64,000 bases of DNA from Thermodesulfobacteriota bacterium (GTDB taxonomy: Bacteria > Desulfobacterota_D > UBA1144 > Nemesobacterales > Nemesobacteraceae): assembly GCA_965200595.1 (NCBI GenBank), contig CBDAUE010000002.1:412359-476358 (forward strand), in the 5' to 3' direction. Of the stretch, positions 59,881-64,000 are shown piece after piece; the first letter of the stretch is position 1, and each line of letters begins with the position of its first letter. The position numbers and the translations under genes were made by a program. The notes under the pieces are model-generated. The model ran no database searches. It worked only from the letters and a program-made list of their open reading frames with translations, and was not told where the DNA came from.

Positions 59881-60777
59881 TCAGTATTGGTTTACCACAT
59901 CTCTGTAATAATCGGGACGAAGAAAAGCTTCATCCCTGGTTTCTAACACTTTTTTTATTTCCTGAAGAACTCTGGTCTTTTCTTCGGGGAATTTCGCTTT
60001 AATAGGAAGGTAATTTGATATATGGTTTGAGTAAAAGTAGCCGTCGGAAAGGTCCGTATTCTCGACTATTGTCTCAAGTTCCTCTATCATCTGAAACTTG
60101 TCCGGAAATTCAAACGCACCTTCCTGCCACTGCTTGTAAATCGGTGCTCCGGGACGGAGCTGAAGAGAAAGAGCCCCGACATATTCCGGGTCACACTCAG
60201 TAAGAAGTTTCCCGGTAGCCAATGCGTGTTCCCTGCTCCTCCCTTTCCCTCCTATGCCTAAAAGCACCATGACAGAGTTCATTATTCCAGATTCTTTAAG
60301 TTTTTTTGAAGCTTCAACGGTTTCGGCAAAATTGGCCCCCTTCTCTATTTTCTTGAGAACCAGATTGTCTCCGCTCTCAAAACCTATGTACACCATGCTA
60401 AGGCCGTTTTCCCGAAGGCGTGTGAGGTCTTCAACTGATTTTCTGAGTATGTCCCCTATATTCGCGTACATGGTGATCCTGTCAAGATTCGGAGCTTTTT
60501 CATGGAGATAATTCATTATTTCCAGAAGCTTAGCGGTGGAGAGCACAAGGGCGTTACCGTCTGCAATGAAAGCTCTTTGTTCAAGTAGTCCTTTTTGCTC
60601 AGCGGCATCAATAATTTCTTTTATCTCGCCCATAGGCCTTACCCTGAATTTCTGGGTTTCTTTTCTGTACATGGCGCAATAAGTGCACTTGTTGTGGGAA
60701 CAGCCGATAGTGGCCTGGAGAATGAAACTTTTGTGCTCGCTTGGAGGGCGGAAAAAAGGCGTTACATATTCAATCAT
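59881..60777 (-). CDS. radical SAM protein, function unknown
   Basis: CxxxCxxC cluster motif GCSHNKCTYCAMY preceded by FRPPSEHKSFILQ; 298 aa. Confidence 0.8.
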   Translation of the reverse strand: MIEYVTPFFRPPSEHKSFILQATIGCSHNKCTYCAMYRKETQKFRVRPMGEIKEIIDAAEQKGLLEQRAFIADGNALVLSTAKLLEIMNYLHEKAPNLDRITMYANIGDILRKSVEDLTRLRENGLSMVYIGFESGDNLVLKKIEKGANFAETVEASKKLKESGIMNSVMVLLGIGGKGRSREHALATGKLLTECDPEYVGALSLQLRPGAPIYKQWQEGAFEFPDKFQMIEELETIVENTDLSDGYFYSNHISNYLPIKAKFPEEKTRVLQEIKKVLETRDEAFLRPDYYRDVVNQY

Positions 60778-60977
60778 TACCGTGAGAATCTAACAAAGTT
60801 TTAGGACCTGTTCAATAAAAAAAACTTTGCAATGACAAAAAGCATAGGTTATTCTTGCGCCGTAATGTTTGATCTTGAACCGCATGAAAAAGAAGGATTT
60901 TACTACATCCTTGGCGTGCCGCTGCTTATAGGGCTCATATTAGTCATTGCTTTTCTGACGCACATACTCCTTGCCCC

Positions 60978-61451
60978 TTAGCCAGTACCCCAACGGATTA
61001 TCCGAAGGACAAGTTCTTGAATTCCGATCTGTACCCCTGTACTGTCCCGGAAAGTGTGTCCCCCGCTTTCCGTTTCTTCCCAGGTTGCACCAAGAAGTTT
61101 TAAGTTTTTCTTCCGGTTTTGGGAATCAGGATCGGTTTTTCTCCCAACAAATGTAACGGCATTCCCTTCCCCGAAAAGCACCATTACCAGTCTTGAAGTT
61201 CCGAAAAGAAGCAGAAATCCCCGGGTCTCTAAACTTGTATCAAGAACTGCATGCAGAAATCCCCGAGGCGGAGCAACCATGCTGATTGCGTCTTGTCCGT
61301 ATTCGTTGTTTAAAGAGTCTACACGGGTCTCAAAGCTACGACAGAGAAAATCCGACGCCTTTTCTGCTTTCTCGAATGTTTTATCCGAGTCAGCCGAGAC
61401 TTTCTCGTTTTCGTAGAACTTCTCAATCCATGGCTGTTTTTCTGATTTCAC
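60978..61451 (-). CDS. hypothetical protein
   Basis: ORF only (157 aa); no motif recognised. Confidence 0.4.
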   Translation of the reverse strand: MKSEKQPWIEKFYENEKVSADSDKTFEKAEKASDFLCRSFETRVDSLNNEYGQDAISMVAPPRGFLHAVLDTSLETRGFLLLFGTSRLVMVLFGEGNAVTFVGRKTDPDSQNRKKNLKLLGATWEETESGGHTFRDSTGVQIGIQELVLRIIRWGTG

Positions 61452-61745
61452 AGCATATTACTCCGATTCTCCGCTCTCTGCCTCGAGTTCACAGATAAAG
61501 AACTTTATCGTTCTAAACACCGAAGAATTTGAAGATTGACAGGTTTTTTCTCGTGCTTTGCCGAAAACACTTCAATTTCTTCGCTCGATATAATACTATA
61601 CATTCTGTAGGGGAGATAAAAGATAGACAGAATCCATGGAAATACCTCGGGTCTCACCAGAAGTGACCTGAAGAACCTGATTAGAATATACAAAAGGAAA
61701 ATTCCCCAGGATCATATTGTAACCCTCGAATTCACCCGTACTCTC

Positions 61746-63341
61746 TTGGCCTTCTCCGGGGAACTCCAAAAAACCATAACGACATTTATCGACCGCAAAG
61801 GTAAAGTAAGGTTCGTTTTCATAGGGGAACCTTGCGATTTTCCTTTTGAGAAACTGCTCGGAAGGATGAGAAGAGCGAAGTACAGACTCAGGGGGTTTCG
61901 AGCGATAAGAACCGACCTCAAGCGAAGCGGTCTCACAAATTCTGATCTGACAACTCTTGCAAATGAAAGACTTGATTTGGTAGCTTCCGTGTCTCTGGGT
62001 AAAAACGGTTCAGCGGGACGTTTTGAATATGCAAACCTTGTTCCGCCGGATGGAGAGCATAATGCAAAATGGGAGATCTCAAGGTTCTCTGACGTAGGTC
62101 GCATAAATATTAGCCTCAAGCAGGAAATAATCAGCATAGAACAGTCCCTAAGGAGTGCTTTTCTCAACAACGGCGGCAAGGAAAGCAAGGAAGGAGTCAT
62201 ACTTGTTGGTTTTAGCACTAAGTTTCGTTATCTGGCCGAAAAATCCTTGGAGGAGCTTAATTCCCTGGCTCTTTCGGCGGAAAAAGTAGTCCTCGACAAG
62301 GTGGTTCAGATAAGAAAGAGCATTGACCCTCGTTATCTCGTCGGCAGGGGGAAACTAACAGAGATTGCACTTCACGCCAAACATCTTGGGGCGGACACCA
62401 TAATTTTTGACACAGAACTTACCCCTGCCCAGGCAAATGCTGCTGGAGAGATATCCGGTCTTGGTATAATGGACCGAAGCCAGCTGATAATACAGATATT
62501 CGCCAGACACGCCAAGACAAACGAAGGAAAAATTCAGGCAAGGCTTGCCGAGTTCCAATACAACCTGCCGAGACTGAAAGGTAAGGGAACAGCTTTTTCT
62601 CAGCTGGGAGGCGGAATAGGCACAAGAGGTCCCGGAGAGAAAAAACTTGAGCAGGAAAGAAGGAATATAAGAAAACAGATCGAACAACTGGAAAAACAGA
62701 TTGACAGCCTTTGCAGAAGAAGAGAACACACAAGAAAGAACAGAAAAACCTCAATGATTCCAACCCTGTCTTTTATCGGGTACACGAATGTAGGCAAATC
62801 CACGCTTTTTAACCGTCTGACCAAATCCTCCATTGCCACCCAGGACAAATTTTTCTCGACTCTTAACCCGACTACGAGGAGGGTTATGCTTCCCGGAGGA
62901 AAACATGTACTCATGACAGATACTGTGGGTTTTATAAGCAAGCTTCCCAAGGAACTGATAAACGCATTCAGAGCGACGCTTGAAGAAATAGGCGAAGCCG
63001 ATCTGCTGCTTCACGTTGCGGATGCAAGTGATCCTGAGGTTAGAGAAAAAATAGATTCGGTAATGGGGATCATAGAATCCATGGAGTTTGAAGACATACC
63101 CAGCATCCTTGTGCTTAATAAGATTGATCAGGCTGATGCGGACACACAAACTGCTCTTCGCGAGACATTTCCTGAAACACCGTTTGTGTCAGCCAGAAAC
63201 GGAAAAGATTTCAGAGATCTGCTTCTCTATATGGAAAAATTCGTTGAAAAAACCGGCGCGGACACAAGACTGCGGAATTTTAACTCGGAACAAGAGATCA
63301 TAGAAAGTTCCCCTCCTTTCCCGCTGCACAGCTCGCTTTAA
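61746..63341 (+). CDS. hflX: GTPase HflX with a long N-terminal extension
   Basis: HflX N-domain IFARHAKTNEGKIQARLAEFQY, GGGIGTRGPGEKKLE, G1 GYTNVGKSTLFN, G3 DTVGF, G4 NKID. The start codon is uncertain (TTG at 61746). Confidence 0.85.
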   Translation: MAFSGELQKTITTFIDRKGKVRFVFIGEPCDFPFEKLLGRMRRAKYRLRGFRAIRTDLKRSGLTNSDLTTLANERLDLVASVSLGKNGSAGRFEYANLVPPDGEHNAKWEISRFSDVGRINISLKQEIISIEQSLRSAFLNNGGKESKEGVILVGFSTKFRYLAEKSLEELNSLALSAEKVVLDKVVQIRKSIDPRYLVGRGKLTEIALHAKHLGADTIIFDTELTPAQANAAGEISGLGIMDRSQLIIQIFARHAKTNEGKIQARLAEFQYNLPRLKGKGTAFSQLGGGIGTRGPGEKKLEQERRNIRKQIEQLEKQIDSLCRRREHTRKNRKTSMIPTLSFIGYTNVGKSTLFNRLTKSSIATQDKFFSTLNPTTRRVMLPGGKHVLMTDTVGFISKLPKELINAFRATLEEIGEADLLLHVADASDPEVREKIDSVMGIIESMEFEDIPSILVLNKIDQADADTQTALRETFPETPFVSARNGKDFRDLLLYMEKFVEKTGADTRLRNFNSEQEIIESSPPFPLHSSL

Positions 63342-63388
63342 TCCTCTGAGAACTTAAGCAATTCCATTTGTAAAAATCAATAAAAAAA

Positions 63389-63423
63389 GGGGACGTCCGT
63401 TTCTTCTTTGCACGAACATCCCC
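63389..63423. terminator. bidirectional rho-independent terminator
   Basis: Imperfect stem GGGGACGTCCG/CGAACATCCCC, flanked by A7 and T5, between convergent hflX and the 63459-63656 gene. Confidence 0.6.
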
Positions 63424-63458
63424 TTTTTCAAACTAACTGCTTTTTTACTTCCGGGATC

Positions 63459-63656
63459 CTACCAAGGTTTAGACGCGTCGTCCTGTCCCTTTAGGTTTTT
63501 GATCCACTTCGAGTCATCATAATTTGAAGTGCCGAAAGTAAGCGCCAAAGTCGCGATTATAACACCAATTTCATTGTTATTGGTTTGTTCGGCTCTTTGT
63601 TTGATCTTGTCGTGAATCGGATCCGGAATATTCAGTGTTATCTCTGCCATTATCAA
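63459..63656 (-). CDS. small protein with a possible ribbon-helix-helix N-terminus
   Basis: AEITLNIPDPIHDKIKQRAEQ resembles an RHH strand-helix. This rests on resemblance only. Confidence 0.35.
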   Translation of the reverse strand: MIMAEITLNIPDPIHDKIKQRAEQTNNNEIGVIIATLALTFGTSNYDDSKWIKNLKGQDDASKPW

Positions 63657-63683
63657 AACCTCCTAGTTGATTTTTGATAAGAA

Positions 63684-63992
63684 CTAATCAGCATCTCCTA
63701 TGCCTTTTTCCTTTCTGTACTCCTGGATTCGCTCCCTCTTTACAGTTGGCTTGAGGGTAAAACCTGAAGGGTCTTGAGTTGCTCCCTCAGCTGAACCCTT
63801 CACTACATCCGGGTCAAGGTGAGTAAACTTCTTGTCTCCTGCGATCTCTCCGAGCATGGACTCTTCAAACTGCCAGTCGGTAAGCCACTCGTCTCCGAGA
63901 CCGAAACGCCTGGTAAGCTTGTTGATTTCCTCAAGTCTTCCGGGAAGGGGTCCTGCCGGCTGAATCATTTTCAGCTCCTCAAGCAGACTCAC
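63684..63992 (-). CDS. hypothetical acidic protein (may extend beyond the window end)
   Basis: ORF only. The frame is still open upstream of the GTG at 63992, to the window edge. Confidence 0.35.
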   Translation of the reverse strand: MSLLEELKMIQPAGPLPGRLEEINKLTRRFGLGDEWLTDWQFEESMLGEIAGDKKFTHLDPDVVKGSAEGATQDPSGFTLKPTVKRERIQEYRKEKGIGDAD

Positions 63993-64000
63993 TACCTCAG

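Overview
Bacterial chromosomal segment with mid GC content by eye; the taxon cannot be determined from the sequence alone. Most of it is housekeeping: lutABC, purU, mtnP, rsmG, trmI, pckA, nth, secG-tpiA, def, metH, gloB, cobB, gyrA, rsmD-coaD, two aminotransferases, hom, an NtrB/NtrC-type sigma54 two-component pair, hemA-hemC, a pterin cluster (two PTPS paralogs plus an SDR), nuoM, hflX and 5 tRNA genes. The window is unusually heavily colonised by insertion sequences. There are three >99.7% identical 1321-bp copies of an IS3-family element plus two diverged end fragments of it, one IS1634-like element, one IS1595-family element and one DUF772/DDE (IS5/IS1182-like) element. Several genes are visibly broken. 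rsmG is cleanly split by an IS3 copy (3-bp target duplication; the frame restores on excision). lutB carries an IS1595 insertion, and lutB and lutC carry extra frameshifts. The one clearly accessory, defence-like gene is an HKD(PLD) nuclease - SF2 helicase - DUF3427 fusion; it is truncated at its 5' end by an IS3 copy and frameshifted near its 3' end. No CRISPR array, rRNA, prophage or integrase was seen. I did not find a convincing intact multi-gene novel system. The most interesting material is the dead nuclease-helicase, the IS biology, and a PTPS paralog pair with complementary active-site losses. Caveat: all five non-IS frameshifts behave as single-base deletions, some in homopolymers, so sequencing error must be excluded before calling decay.
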